64,000 nucleotides of DNA from a virus: positions 32,001-96,000 of IMG/VR virus record IMGVR_UViG_3300031251_000003; one strand, written 5' to 3'. The notes beneath the pieces are model-generated. The model was given only the letters and a program-made list of their open reading frames with translations, ran no database searches and was not told the DNA's origin. This document shows, piece by piece, positions 44,817 through 54,361 of this stretch (within the stretch, counting starts at the first letter, position 1; every line of letters starts with the position of its first letter). The position numbers and the translations under genes are program-made.

Positions 44817-46695
44817 TCATATAATGAGTCAGGTGATCAATCATCTTGGTATTCAGTTTATCATAGAAATAGATCTGTGTCAAGAGGATGTACTTATCGA
44901 AGGGGTTCTCCCATTCAGTCTCGGGGAGAACAGCGTAATTGCGGTAGAGATCGTAATCCTGAATCAGCTTGCTACCACTGTTGGAGAACTGAATCACATG
45001 CTTGAGTGCGGGATCCAGGATTCTCTCAGCGTCAAACTGACTGACCCGATGGGTGTGATCGTCTAGATGAAGCCGGATCGATGAAACCTGATCGGGAGTC
45101 AACTTGGCAAACCACTTCTGAGCCGCCTTGGACTGGTAATCGGTAAGGCTCTTGGCCTTAGGAAAGTCCCGCTGGAACTTGTTGACCCTGTTGCGATACA
45201 GAGTAACGATGGTGTGATTGGGGTTCTTCTTCTGAGCAAGAGCCGGATTGTACCGGTCACCCTGGACGTGATAGAAGATCGGATTACCCTGATTGATATC
45301 AGCGGCCTGAAGCTCGTGAACCCGAACACCGTCAACGAGGGCGCTGTAGGAGCCAGAGATCCGCCCGTTCCGAAGAACGGTACCTTGCGGCCGAGCGATC
45401 TTCTGAGCAGCAACGTCCGCCCAATCGTGAATCGTAGAAGGGTCAACCCACTCGGGAGCAGGAACCTTATCGACCAGTGCATAGTTCTCGAACTTGTAGT
45501 TCTCGATGCCCTTCTCTTCCAAATACTGGAACATCTTCTTGCGCTTGGTAGGAGTGAAGTCAGCACCGTCATAACCGGTGAACCAAAGGGTCTTGTTGAA
45601 CGTGAGGGGGAAGAGATCCTTCTCGAAATGCCATCCCTTGCTCTTATACCCCTTGGTACGATTGACCATGAGAATCTTGATATCCTGGCCCTGGGCACCC
45701 TGACCCAACTCAATCCGCTGAGGGATATCGACGCCCTTGTACACGGGGACTTCGGAGAAACCAAGAGCCTTGGCCTCCTTATAGATCCTGATTGCATCGA
45801 CGTTATCGACAGCAGCGTCAATTAGCTTCTGAAGAGCGACGTTCTTTTCGGCAACAACGCGATCCTTGAGGGTAGCGATAGTTGCCTTGGTCTTCGCCGT
45901 CATCTGAAGTGCCTCCCGCGAAGGAGTGAAGTTAACATCACCGATTGCGACAAAGGCAACGAATGGATGAGGCTCGTAGTGATCATTCGGATAGGGATAT
46001 GCGACATTACCCATGACGATCATAGACCGATCAACATCACGAGTGACTACGATGTCATCAGCGATCCACATGCCATCGATACGAGTAGGCTCTTCTCCAT
46101 TGACCAGAACGGAACCCTTCTCCCAGAAGCGGAAGAAATTCGTGCTCTTGGTATCAAAGGAATTCCAGCGATTGACCGGGACAATGATCTCGACGCCCGA
46201 AGGCTCATCGGTATCGTACTGAGCAACGATGGTCATAGAGCCGCCGCCGTCCTCATCACGGCTCACGCTCACCTGGGTACAAACTCCGTTCTTGATCCCC
46301 TGAAGGGTGAACTGGTCGCTGTAAGTGAGGGCCGACTTACAACCCAGACCCAGCGTGCCCACGACATCGTTGGATTCACGCTTCGTGGAAGTACCGTAGC
46401 GTGAGTAAATGTTGCGAATGTCACCGGCATCCAAGCCGAAACCAAAGTCACGAACGCGGAAGAAGGGAGCGAGATTCGACGGCAGAGTAACCTCGATAGG
46501 ACGGGTAACTCCAGCCTCGACGTGTGCATCGTATGCATTGGTGCTGTACTCACGGATGACCGCCAACTCGGGGTCGGAGTACAGGTCGGTAAGGACGCTC
46601 ATGATATGAGCAAGGGCACCCTCATCGATGGACATCCCAACGCGCTCACCCTCAAGGGTGGTCGTGACATCCATGACACGCGCTTCAACTTTCAT
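44785..46695 (-). CDS. rIIA: RIIA-like protein (GHKL ATPase N-terminus)
   Basis: LYSDPELAVIREYSTNAYDAH, RDFGFGL, STKRESN..GTLGLGCKS, TPSREAL. Confidence 0.9.
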   Translation of the reverse strand: MKVEARVMDVTTTLEGERVGMSIDEGALAHIMSVLTDLYSDPELAVIREYSTNAYDAHVEAGVTRPIEVTLPSNLAPFFRVRDFGFGLDAGDIRNIYSRYGTSTKRESNDVVGTLGLGCKSALTYSDQFTLQGIKNGVCTQVSVSRDEDGGGSMTIVAQYDTDEPSGVEIIVPVNRWNSFDTKSTNFFRFWEKGSVLVNGEEPTRIDGMWIADDIVVTRDVDRSMIVMGNVAYPYPNDHYEPHPFVAFVAIGDVNFTPSREALQMTAKTKATIATLKDRVVAEKNVALQKLIDAAVDNVDAIRIYKEAKALGFSEVPVYKGVDIPQRIELGQGAQGQDIKILMVNRTKGYKSKGWHFEKDLFPLTFNKTLWFTGYDGADFTPTKRKKMFQYLEEKGIENYKFENYALVDKVPAPEWVDPSTIHDWADVAAQKIARPQGTVLRNGRISGSYSALVDGVRVHELQAADINQGNPIFYHVQGDRYNPALAQKKNPNHTIVTLYRNRVNKFQRDFPKAKSLTDYQSKAAQKWFAKLTPDQVSSIRLHLDDHTHRVSQFDAERILDPALKHVIQFSNSGSKLIQDYDLYRNYAVLPETEWENPFDKYILLTQIYFYDKLNTKMIDHLTHYMNAVYSAGEEN

Positions 46696-46722
46696 AAGAG
46701 ATCCTTTCTATCGTGTTCAGAT

Positions 46723-46751
46723 AGTATATCAGAATGACTCAGAGAAGTCAA
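46723..46751 (-). promoter_or_regulatory. SigA-type promoter for rIIA/B
   Basis: TTGACT-N17-TATACT; GAAAGGA RBS downstream. Confidence 0.85.
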
Positions 46752-46927
46752 ATCTTTTCAGTGGAAACCTTTTTCCAGACGGCTGTTTTCGCCCAGACCG
46801 TAAAGGTCTGATCCCTCTGCTTCTCAGCCCTGGACTCGGCTAGTTCTTTAGTCGAAGCTTGGACTCTGAAGGAGTAGGTGCCGCCCGCCGGAACCTTATT
46901 GTTGGTGTAAGTAACTTTCCACTTCAT
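46748..46927 (-). CDS. Hypothetical protein (59 aa, not in track)
   Basis: MKWKVTYTNN...; TGATG coupling, GGAGG RBS. Confidence 0.55.
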   Translation of the reverse strand: MKWKVTYTNNKVPAGGTYSFRVQASTKELAESRAEKQRDQTFTVWAKTAVWKKVSTEKI

Positions 46928-47148
46928 CAGTCAAGCCCTCCGGTGACACCATGGAACCGATCACCGTTATGATCGATCTCGTACTGAAGCCATCCGGGTT
47001 CACCGAACTTGTAGAACCGTGCAACGACAGTACGGCTCTCCTGCTCGCTGTAAGTAAGCTGAACGTTGAAATAGTTCAGTTCGTTCAACTCTTTGTTCAA
47101 CTCCGCAAGAGTGCTGATCTGATTACCGTTGAGTTGGAAAATCAACAT
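46927..47148 (-). CDS. Hypothetical protein
   Basis: Start revised to MLIFQLNG after the promoter and GAAAGGA. Confidence 0.6.
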   Translation of the reverse strand: MLIFQLNGNQISTLAELNKELNELNYFNVQLTYSEQESRTVVARFYKFGEPGWLQYEIDHNGDRFHGVTGGLD

Positions 47149-47178
47149 CGCTATCCTTTCCTCGAAACTTGTACAGAT

Positions 47179-47207
47179 AGTATACCAGATTAGGATTTCT
47201 GTGTCAA
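47179..47207 (-). promoter_or_regulatory. SigA-type promoter
   Basis: TTGACA-N17-TATACT. Confidence 0.85.
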
Positions 47208-47485
47208 GACTTGTTACGAACAAATTCATACGGATCATATCCCCGATTCCTGAATACAGCAGATATGAACCCTTGAGTGGCCATAACGATAAGAACCACC
47301 GCCAGAGAAGTGTAGGTTGACGAGAATGCATTCCAAAGATACACGTACGCAACGATGGTCAAAAAGAAGTCGAACAGAAACAGATATATCCTCTCGGTAG
47401 TATCACTCGTACGACGCGCCTGAATCATGGGCAAGAATGATGCGCTATAGATCAAAATGGCCCAGAGTAGATTAATCCAGTGCAT
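47204..47485 (-). CDS. Three-TM membrane protein
   Basis: Hydrophobic; AGGAG RBS. Confidence 0.65.
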   Translation of the reverse strand: MHWINLLWAILIYSASFLPMIQARRTSDTTERIYLFLFDFFLTIVAYVYLWNAFSSTYTSLAVVLIVMATQGFISAVFRNRGYDPYEFVRNKS

Positions 47486-47492
47486 GACTCTC

Positions 47493-47687
47493 CTAAAGAT
47501 TGATTTGAACTGCTTGAACTTTTCGTTTCTTACCTTGTCGATAGTTCTTGATCCGTGGCCTCATGTAATCCCGCCACGCTTCAGTACACTTATCACAGCG
47601 GCAGCCATGGTTGTTGTACGAGCTAGCTCGCCCGTGGACAACCGATTTACCTGATGGTGTTAAGTCTACTGTAATGGGTTCAGTCAT
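47493..47687 (-). CDS. Small HG..Y..GCRC..C Zn-binding protein
   Basis: HGRASSYNNHGCRCDKCTEAWRDY, a motif common in actinophages. Confidence 0.7.
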   Translation of the reverse strand: MTEPITVDLTPSGKSVVHGRASSYNNHGCRCDKCTEAWRDYMRPRIKNYRQGKKRKVQAVQINL

Positions 47688-48215
47688 TTAAACCTCCTGC
47701 AAATCTTCTAGTTCCACCCTTTCATACTCGTGGTCACCACGGTCACTGAGGATAATCCAAGACAATGGAGTCTTGCGACCATTCTTGAATGTCACCATTC
47801 TAGTAGTATCCTGAGACTCAACTAGTTCTTTCATCTCAGCATACCACTCTCTATATCCACGACGATATTTATATTCTGAAACAGCGTTTTTAAACCCTTT
47901 GAGCTTCAGGTCTAGGATATCCTGATCATCGCCATACTTCTCTCTGATCTCTTTTGAATGAGCGTTAATAGCCTCGCTACGCACTTGTTCATCGACATCC
48001 CATCCTGGCCATGATTCACCAAGATGTGTTTCTACGAGATCCTTCGGACGAAACTTAAGTGTTTCGTTATCAAGGATCTCGGGATCATGATACCAGTATC
48101 CCTGTTCGTATCTCTGAGTTAGAATTGTCAGAGCAGACTTCGATAGCTCTTCATCTGTTGAGGCGGGCCAATACCACGTTCCATGCTTCTCTTCCGCTAC
48201 TAAGATGCTTCCCAT
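47688..48215 (-). CDS. Hypothetical protein
   Basis: 175-aa ORF with RBS. Confidence 0.65.
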   Translation of the reverse strand: MGSILVAEEKHGTWYWPASTDEELSKSALTILTQRYEQGYWYHDPEILDNETLKFRPKDLVETHLGESWPGWDVDEQVRSEAINAHSKEIREKYGDDQDILDLKLKGFKNAVSEYKYRRGYREWYAEMKELVESQDTTRMVTFKNGRKTPLSWIILSDRGDHEYERVELEDLQEV

Positions 48216-48523
48216 TTCCTGATCCTTTCTATGGAGTCAATTGCCGCTTGCATGTTCTTTCGACCGACTGGATTAGCAGAATGAATAGAGAACTTGTCAG
48301 GTAAAATCACTGAACGCATTTCTCCTGTGCCCACCATTCCCTCTAGGATATTGACAAAATCATATCCCGTAAGGATATCAGTCTCACCGAGATCGTGATC
48401 CAGGCTAACCTCTTCTACGAATCCACAATTATCAAGGAGCAAATCAAACGCATCCTGGACAGTACGAGCTACCGTCCAGGAATCATTTGGTGCATCTCTG
48501 AGATCATCTAGCCAGATTTTCAT
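48200..48523 (-). CDS. Cyclic-phosphate-processing receiver (cREC) domain protein
   Basis: MKIWLDDLR, SLDHDLG, TGYD, IHSANPVG. Confidence 0.82.
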   Translation of the reverse strand: MKIWLDDLRDAPNDSWTVARTVQDAFDLLLDNCGFVEEVSLDHDLGETDILTGYDFVNILEGMVGTGEMRSVILPDKFSIHSANPVGRKNMQAAIDSIERIRKWEAS

Positions 48524-48969
48524 TTAGTGTGCTTCCTATATGTCCCGTCGAGATTGGTCGAAACAATCCTGTGACAATAGCGACACTCGGACTTCTTCCC
48601 GAATGCTCTATGCCTTTTCTCAACAAGAGCACCAGAACCAGGACAGGTACCTGAGGGCAGCTTCTTGGGCTTTGAGTTGAATGGATTAGTTCTTGGGGTA
48701 ATTCGAACACCAGGCTTCTTAGAGACTATTGGAGCAGGGGTTCGTTTAGCCGTTCTAGGAATACGAACGGGGCTTTCCTTTGTAAGAACCAACGTGTACT
48801 TATCACCAACGCTATCCAACGATGGATCTCCAAAGATGTCGTAGTCAACTAGAAGGATGTACTTGATATCGCGCTCAACACCCTCAAGAGTGGTTGCGCG
48901 AGCCGTGTTGTCTACGTTCGTGGCTATAAGGTTAACTTCTACTTTGGGCTTCTTGATACTCATCGTCAC
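48520..48969 (-). CDS. Hypothetical protein with C-terminal Zn finger
   Basis: CPGSG...CRYC...RKH. Confidence 0.6.
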   Translation of the reverse strand: MTMSIKKPKVEVNLIATNVDNTARATTLEGVERDIKYILLVDYDIFGDPSLDSVGDKYTLVLTKESPVRIPRTAKRTPAPIVSKKPGVRITPRTNPFNSKPKKLPSGTCPGSGALVEKRHRAFGKKSECRYCHRIVSTNLDGTYRKHTK

Positions 48970-49032
48970 CTATAATATCACATATCTTACCAAACCGCAA
49001 CTTCCGGCTGTAAATAAATAGGAGGTAAGTAT

Positions 49033-49857
49033 ATGCAAGAGCGGGTTTACACAGGAGATACGGCTCTCATCGAGGCCAGTTTGTTTGACGAGGATGGAAC
49101 AACTCCGCTATCGTCAACTACCGTAGAGTATAGCATAAAGAAGCCGGACGGTACAACTTTTCAAGCACCCCCTTCTTCTATGGCTCAAACCATAGCCAGT
49201 ATAGCGTATAACGATACTGATCTGGTTGGCCAGTATTTAGCTAAGGTGACGTTCACTTTGAATGATCCATCTAGTACCAGACGTTCTACGCCTCTATCCT
49301 TTGAGGTTGTCGATCCACTTGAGAGCACGTATGATGAATCGACACCAGTAGATCATGTAGTCAACCGAACATGGATGAAGCTAGAAGATCTCTTCGACTC
49401 TGATCTAGGTGGCCCGTGGCTACGTGATAGAACCTTAGCGACATTCAATCGTGATAAGATAGAACGCTTGCTTCCCGACGCATTGTATAACATCAACTAC
49501 TACTATCAGCCCGCAACGAATTACTCCGAAACCGATTTCCCATACGAGACTCAGTTGCCTCTACTCTCACAAGCACTTTTGGTAGAGTCAGTAAGACATC
49601 TAATGCGATCTTACGTCGAGCAGCCTCAGCCAATGGGAGCCGGTACACCCACGTACTTTGATCGCCGTGACTATCTCAACCGATGGCAGAGTATTCTCAC
49701 CATCGAAGAAGACCGTCTAAACATGTGGTTGGATCTCTTCAAGAGAGGACTTATGGGATTCGGGCATACATCGATCCTTGTCGGTGGTTACGCAAGTTAC
49801 ACAAGTCGTTACCCTCGCTACATGCGTGGACGATATCCATACTTCTACAGGTACTAA
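49033..49857 (+). CDS. Head-tail adaptor/neck protein
   Basis: First gene of the tail operon; Ig-like N-terminus; DRRDYLNRW; AGGAGG RBS. Confidence 0.65.
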   Translation: MQERVYTGDTALIEASLFDEDGTTPLSSTTVEYSIKKPDGTTFQAPPSSMAQTIASIAYNDTDLVGQYLAKVTFTLNDPSSTRRSTPLSFEVVDPLESTYDESTPVDHVVNRTWMKLEDLFDSDLGGPWLRDRTLATFNRDKIERLLPDALYNINYYYQPATNYSETDFPYETQLPLLSQALLVESVRHLMRSYVEQPQPMGAGTPTYFDRRDYLNRWQSILTIEEDRLNMWLDLFKRGLMGFGHTSILVGGYASYTSRYPRYMRGRYPYFYRY

Positions 49858-49858
49858 T

Positions 49859-50149
49859 ATGCTAGCAAACATTATCATCAGTTTTGCGAATGTTCTCCGA
49901 ACTATGGATGTATTCTTGCTCGCTCTTTCAACCGGTATTTTTATCAGTAAGATATTCATCTATAAATCTTTCTCATATGGATGGATGCTCTCGTTCTCAT
50001 TCATTGTGTACTCTGTAGTTACCTTAGAGGTTGTACTCCATCGTTTCAATCATCCATTTAATTTTTGGATTGTAATAGTTTTCTTGGCAGCCTTGTGTAC
50101 TACAATAGGTCAATTAATGTATCCAGGTCTTAATATCAAAAATGAGTAA
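49859..50149 (+). CDS. Three-TM membrane protein (possible holin)
   Basis: Three hydrophobic helices; ATG 49859. Confidence 0.5.
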   Translation: MLANIIISFANVLRTMDVFLLALSTGIFISKIFIYKSFSYGWMLSFSFIVYSVVTLEVVLHRFNHPFNFWIVIVFLAALCTTIGQLMYPGLNIKNE

Positions 50150-50942
50150 AACATTAGAGAACTATGATCTTGGCCCAGCAGGGACTCCGCATGAAGTTAA
50201 GCAGTTACGTGAATCATCTTATGATTTACACAACCAACTTGGCGAAGCAATAATTTTCAAGCACCGTTGGAATGACCAAGATGTCCTCGACGGCAAGACT
50301 CAGCCGTGTCCATATCATGACGAACTATATGGTGGTCGTGATTCTGAATGGGACAATGTTTGTTTTGGAACCGGCTTCGTCGGTGGATACTCCGATGGAG
50401 TAGTCGTATTTGTTACTATTCAAGATGCGCCTGAAACACAGATCAAGATTACACAGCAAGGTATCTTGCAATTAGATATGCATCCGGCGATGACAGCACC
50501 CTGGTTACCCCATATGGGGAACGGGGATCTAATCATTACGGGAGAATTTAATACAGGATCATGGACTCTCGTTGATGAGTATGAACGTTTTACTCTCAGA
50601 GATGTTTCTCCTATTACGATGCGAGGGCCAGGTTGGGGACGGCAAGCAGGGTCGGTGTTGAAAAGAGAAAGGATCAGTCAGCAATCTCAGCTAGATAAAC
50701 TCCCATCTGGACATCCTCTCTACAAGGTTCCTATTGTCTTCGATTACTCATCAGTACCTCCCGACGTGACTCCACCATATGCACCACCCGGAACGACTCA
50801 GTATACAGACTTCGACGTACTTGTTCGGATTCATGGAATTGAAGGAGTACCCGAAGTTATTGAAGGTACGACAACAGTTACTCAGGTTACCAGTAAGATT
50901 GGTGGCAAGAGTCTAGATCCCGGAACTATAATAAACTTCTAA
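50142..50942 (+). CDS. Neck/head-closure protein
   Basis: CPYH...CFGTGFVGGY motif; position in operon. Confidence 0.65.
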   Translation: MSKTLENYDLGPAGTPHEVKQLRESSYDLHNQLGEAIIFKHRWNDQDVLDGKTQPCPYHDELYGGRDSEWDNVCFGTGFVGGYSDGVVVFVTIQDAPETQIKITQQGILQLDMHPAMTAPWLPHMGNGDLIITGEFNTGSWTLVDEYERFTLRDVSPITMRGPGWGRQAGSVLKRERISQQSQLDKLPSGHPLYKVPIVFDYSSVPPDVTPPYAPPGTTQYTDFDVLVRIHGIEGVPEVIEGTTTVTQVTSKIGGKSLDPGTIINF

Positions 50943-51577
50943 TGACTGTCGGAATAAACTTCAATTACACTCAGGGTGTCAAGCGGGCAGTTGTGTCTAC
51001 ACTTGAACCTATGATGAAAGATCCCAACTTCCCTATCCCCGAATTGACCGGTAATGTTACCGTTGGATTAGAGTACCCATTAACCAAGGCAAGTTACCCC
51101 GCTATCTTTATTACGTTTCAAGAAAGTCAGTTGAGAAATGTCGGAGTAGGAAATGAAGAGTTAGTCATTCAAGCTGATGGAACACCCACTCGTGTTAAGC
51201 ATTGGTATTTTATCGGAACAATTAACTTCAATATTCTAGCTTTATCTCCGATGGAACGTGATGAATTAGGATCCGTTTTAATTAATATCTTGGCATTTGG
51301 TGACACGAATAGTTGGCTGGGTAGATTCCAAAAGAATTTGATGGACGCATCTTACATAGAGGTTCAGTACCTCAAAGATATAATCCATCCAGGCGGCGAG
51401 CAAATTGGTACCGTTCCATGGGAAAGCACCACAGAGATGTCATTCGGAGTAAATTACTCGATAGATATCTTCGGTGAATTCTATAGTGATCCATGGACAG
51501 GAGATCTTATTCAGGTTGAGCATGTTGAGCTTTACCCTTATCTTCCTGGAACTACTCCACCGCTTGGAGATATCTAA
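50942..51577 (+). CDS. Tail terminator/completion protein
   Basis: YPAIFITF...ERDEL; immediately before the sheath. Confidence 0.65.
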   Translation: MTVGINFNYTQGVKRAVVSTLEPMMKDPNFPIPELTGNVTVGLEYPLTKASYPAIFITFQESQLRNVGVGNEELVIQADGTPTRVKHWYFIGTINFNILALSPMERDELGSVLINILAFGDTNSWLGRFQKNLMDASYIEVQYLKDIIHPGGEQIGTVPWESTTEMSFGVNYSIDIFGEFYSDPWTGDLIQVEHVELYPYLPGTTPPLGDI

Positions 51578-51644
51578 GATATACTATTTCATTAGTATAA
51601 CACTCAATAGGAATCTCCACTATAAAGAGGCAAAACTCTCAGGC

Positions 51645-51654
51645 TAATAGATGA
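51645..51654 (+). promoter_or_regulatory. TAATAGATGA late-promoter-like motif
   Basis: Upstream of the sheath gene. Confidence 0.55.
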
Positions 51655-51680
51655 TGAATCTTTCGGGAGATAGAATTTAA

Positions 51681-53363
51681 ATGGCCTACACTTCGCCTGG
51701 TGTAACAGTAGTCGAGACTGTCAATCCTACAGTTGCGCCCATAGCTGGAAACCCTGCTGTTGTCGCCCTAGTTGGTGCAGCCTCAGGTACACAGTCAGCA
51801 TCCCAAGCGGTTACTCTACCAGGGACGCAGGCTATTACGCTTAACAACACAGGCATTACCACGAACACAATCGTAGTTAAGACCTATGCCGGGGTAACAG
51901 TTGGTGCTGGTAGTTACGCTGTCGTTCAATCCAGTGCAGGAACCTCTGCAATCGGTGATGAAGTTTACACTATCGCTCGTGTAGCTTCTCCTTCAACAGC
52001 ACCGACAACAGCGTCAACGGCAGGTGCTCTAACAGGTACTTATGTCTACGCAGTATCTTATATCAATGCTGGTGGAGAAACTGGTATCGGCCCAGCGAGC
52101 GCACCGATCACGCTTACCGCCCAGGGTACTAGCATTTCAGCTATCCCCATCGGTATATCGGGTACTACGTCGAGAAACATCTATCGTATTAGAACTGATG
52201 GAGATAACATCTACCATCTTGTCGCAACGATTGCTAACAACTCCGCGACAACTCTAACCGATAACGTATCAGATGCTACCGCTTCAACTGGTGCTCTTCC
52301 CAAGGGAGGCATTGGAGATGGAGATACCGTGTACGTTTCTTATAGCTACGCTGATCTTCAGTACTACCAGCCGACCTTGATGTCCAATTTCGGTGATGTC
52401 ACGAATAAGTACGGTCAGCCTTACGATACAAACGGTAACATTCTAAGCCCTCTTAGCTTTGCAGCTAGATTAGCGTATGTAAATGGAGCCTCAGATGTCG
52501 TCTGTGTTGCAGCCAAGTCTTCAGGACAAGCAGATATTCAGAGCGCACTTCAGCTACTCGAATCAGATCCTACTATCAGGATCGTAGTAGTTGCCGAAGG
52601 TAGCGCCGGAACTCTTGCCTCTGTAGCGGCTCATTGTAACACCACGATTTCACAGGGATTGTATCGAATCGGTGTATGTGGACTCGATGGTACAAGTACT
52701 GCTATCACACCGGCAAGCCTTCGATCTTCTGCCCAAGGTATCAACTTCCAGGCAATTCGTCTCGTAAGCCCGACGAGTTTCCAGATGCAAAACCCGGTAT
52801 CCCCAGCAGCCAGTCTTAACGTTGGTGGTCAGTACATGGCGGCGGCATTAGCAGGAATGTATGCAGCCCGAGACGTACAGATTCCATTGACTAGAAAGTC
52901 AATTGCAGGGTTCACTGGTATAAACGATATTCGTACAGCAAGTGATCTCGTTCTAGATGCAACCGCTGGTCTACTTGCAGTCAAGCTCCTTGGTGGGGTT
53001 CTATTAGTAAATCACGATATAACCACCGCTGTAGGTAACGTTAACACTCGTGAGGCTTCAGTGGTTCGTGCTAAGTACGAGATGGCTACGCGACTCAAGC
53101 TCACACTTGACTCTGGGGTTGTCGGTTTGGTTGCACCTACTGACCGAGCAATCTTGGTTGTACAGAGCACCATCGTTGGAGTCTTGGAGCAGATGGTTCT
53201 TGAACAAGCTATCCAGTCCTACAGTGATGTTGCGGCTGTGGTCGCTAATGCTGATCCGACAACAGTGCAGGCTCAGTTCATGTATGTTCCTGCATACCCG
53301 ATCAACAACATTATTGTTCAACTAGCAATCAATACTACGAGTGGAGAGTTTACTCTTCAATAA
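51681..53363 (+). CDS. Tail sheath protein
   Basis: MAYTSPGVTVVE, PLTRKSIAGF, YVPAYPINNI; FN3-like insertion. Confidence 0.92.
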   Translation: MAYTSPGVTVVETVNPTVAPIAGNPAVVALVGAASGTQSASQAVTLPGTQAITLNNTGITTNTIVVKTYAGVTVGAGSYAVVQSSAGTSAIGDEVYTIARVASPSTAPTTASTAGALTGTYVYAVSYINAGGETGIGPASAPITLTAQGTSISAIPIGISGTTSRNIYRIRTDGDNIYHLVATIANNSATTLTDNVSDATASTGALPKGGIGDGDTVYVSYSYADLQYYQPTLMSNFGDVTNKYGQPYDTNGNILSPLSFAARLAYVNGASDVVCVAAKSSGQADIQSALQLLESDPTIRIVVVAEGSAGTLASVAAHCNTTISQGLYRIGVCGLDGTSTAITPASLRSSAQGINFQAIRLVSPTSFQMQNPVSPAASLNVGGQYMAAALAGMYAARDVQIPLTRKSIAGFTGINDIRTASDLVLDATAGLLAVKLLGGVLLVNHDITTAVGNVNTREASVVRAKYEMATRLKLTLDSGVVGLVAPTDRAILVVQSTIVGVLEQMVLEQAIQSYSDVAAVVANADPTTVQAQFMYVPAYPINNIIVQLAINTTSGEFTLQ

Positions 53364-53375
53364 ACCGAGGGAATA

Positions 53376-53891
53376 ATGGCAGTAGCAAGAGTAGGTGGCG
53401 GGTTTACCGTCTTCCATTGGAGTAATTCAACTGATCCGGGTAAGGTTATCGGATACGCTGATCGCGTTCAGAAAACTGCTGTACAGCCGGTTGCAACTCC
53501 GGTTGACGTACAGCCCATGAATGCTCTTCGTCCGCTAGAGATTGCGGTACCGAGAGCACATATTCATGGTGTTCTTACTCTCACATTGACTGAACTTTAC
53601 AATCAGGCTGTGTGGCAGAGACTAGCGGGACTTGCTAACTCTAACGATATCATCGATATCATGGAGTACATGGCGGGTCTTGATCAAGGTGTCATGATCA
53701 CCGAATACATCGAGCCGCCTAACGGTAAGACTTACAGTGAGACGTTCTATAACTGTATGATTACCCGCGTTGGTGACGACGAGGATATTCGTATCGACAC
53801 AATGTTGGTGAACAAGGATCTTGAAGTATGGTACACATACAGCAAGAAGAACTGGATCAACTCACCGGCACGACCCGCGACGTTTACTTAA
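53376..53891 (+). CDS. Tail tube protein
   Basis: Follows the sheath; size fits; GVLTLTLTELY. Confidence 0.85.
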   Translation: MAVARVGGGFTVFHWSNSTDPGKVIGYADRVQKTAVQPVATPVDVQPMNALRPLEIAVPRAHIHGVLTLTLTELYNQAVWQRLAGLANSNDIIDIMEYMAGLDQGVMITEYIEPPNGKTYSETFYNCMITRVGDDEDIRIDTMLVNKDLEVWYTYSKKNWINSPARPATFT

Positions 53892-53917
53892 AATCTTTTC
53901 TATAAGCGAGGTTAGGG

Positions 53918-54361
53918 ATGACGACGCCTTTAGAGGCAGCTTTTGATGTGCCTGTATTTGAGGAACCTGAGATTCAGGAAGATCCCATTGCAGATGACAC
54001 ATACAGTTTACTTCAGTTAGGATACCTGACTGACACAGTTACGATTGGGACGCATGTGATCCGTATTCGGACTCTCAAGATTGGAGAGGAACTGAATGCG
54101 GCCTTACTCGCTAACAAGTACAAGGATACAGCCGAAGAAGCAAGAGCCTTCGCAACAGCATTGGTTGCTGGCTCGATTGTTTCGGTGGACAATGCACCAT
54201 TACTTGGTGAATTACTCGGCCCCCGAGATGATGCATTGGAAGCTAAGTTCGACTTCATCCTTGCTAACTGGCATTGGGAGCCGATTAACCGGCTCTGGGT
54301 TAAGTACAATGAGCTACTTAATCGTGTTCGTGAGTCGGCAGACGAACTAAAAAAAGACTAA
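53918..54361 (+). CDS. Tail assembly chaperone
   Basis: Between tube and tape measure; ends at a slippery site. Confidence 0.8.
   Translation: MTTPLEAAFDVPVFEEPEIQEDPIADDTYSLLQLGYLTDTVTIGTHVIRIRTLKIGEELNAALLANKYKDTAEEARAFATALVAGSIVSVDNAPLLGELLGPRDDALEAKFDFILANWHWEPINRLWVKYNELLNRVRESADELKKD
54349..54356 (+). other. -1 programmed frameshift site A AAA AAA G
   Basis: The -1 frame is open from 54355 into ORF 54391-54675. Confidence 0.8.

Noticed and set aside
45099-46404. Long alternative-frame and antisense ORFs within rIIA (and similar ones in ligase and cca)
   Set aside because: Fully overlap well-supported genes and have unnatural composition.
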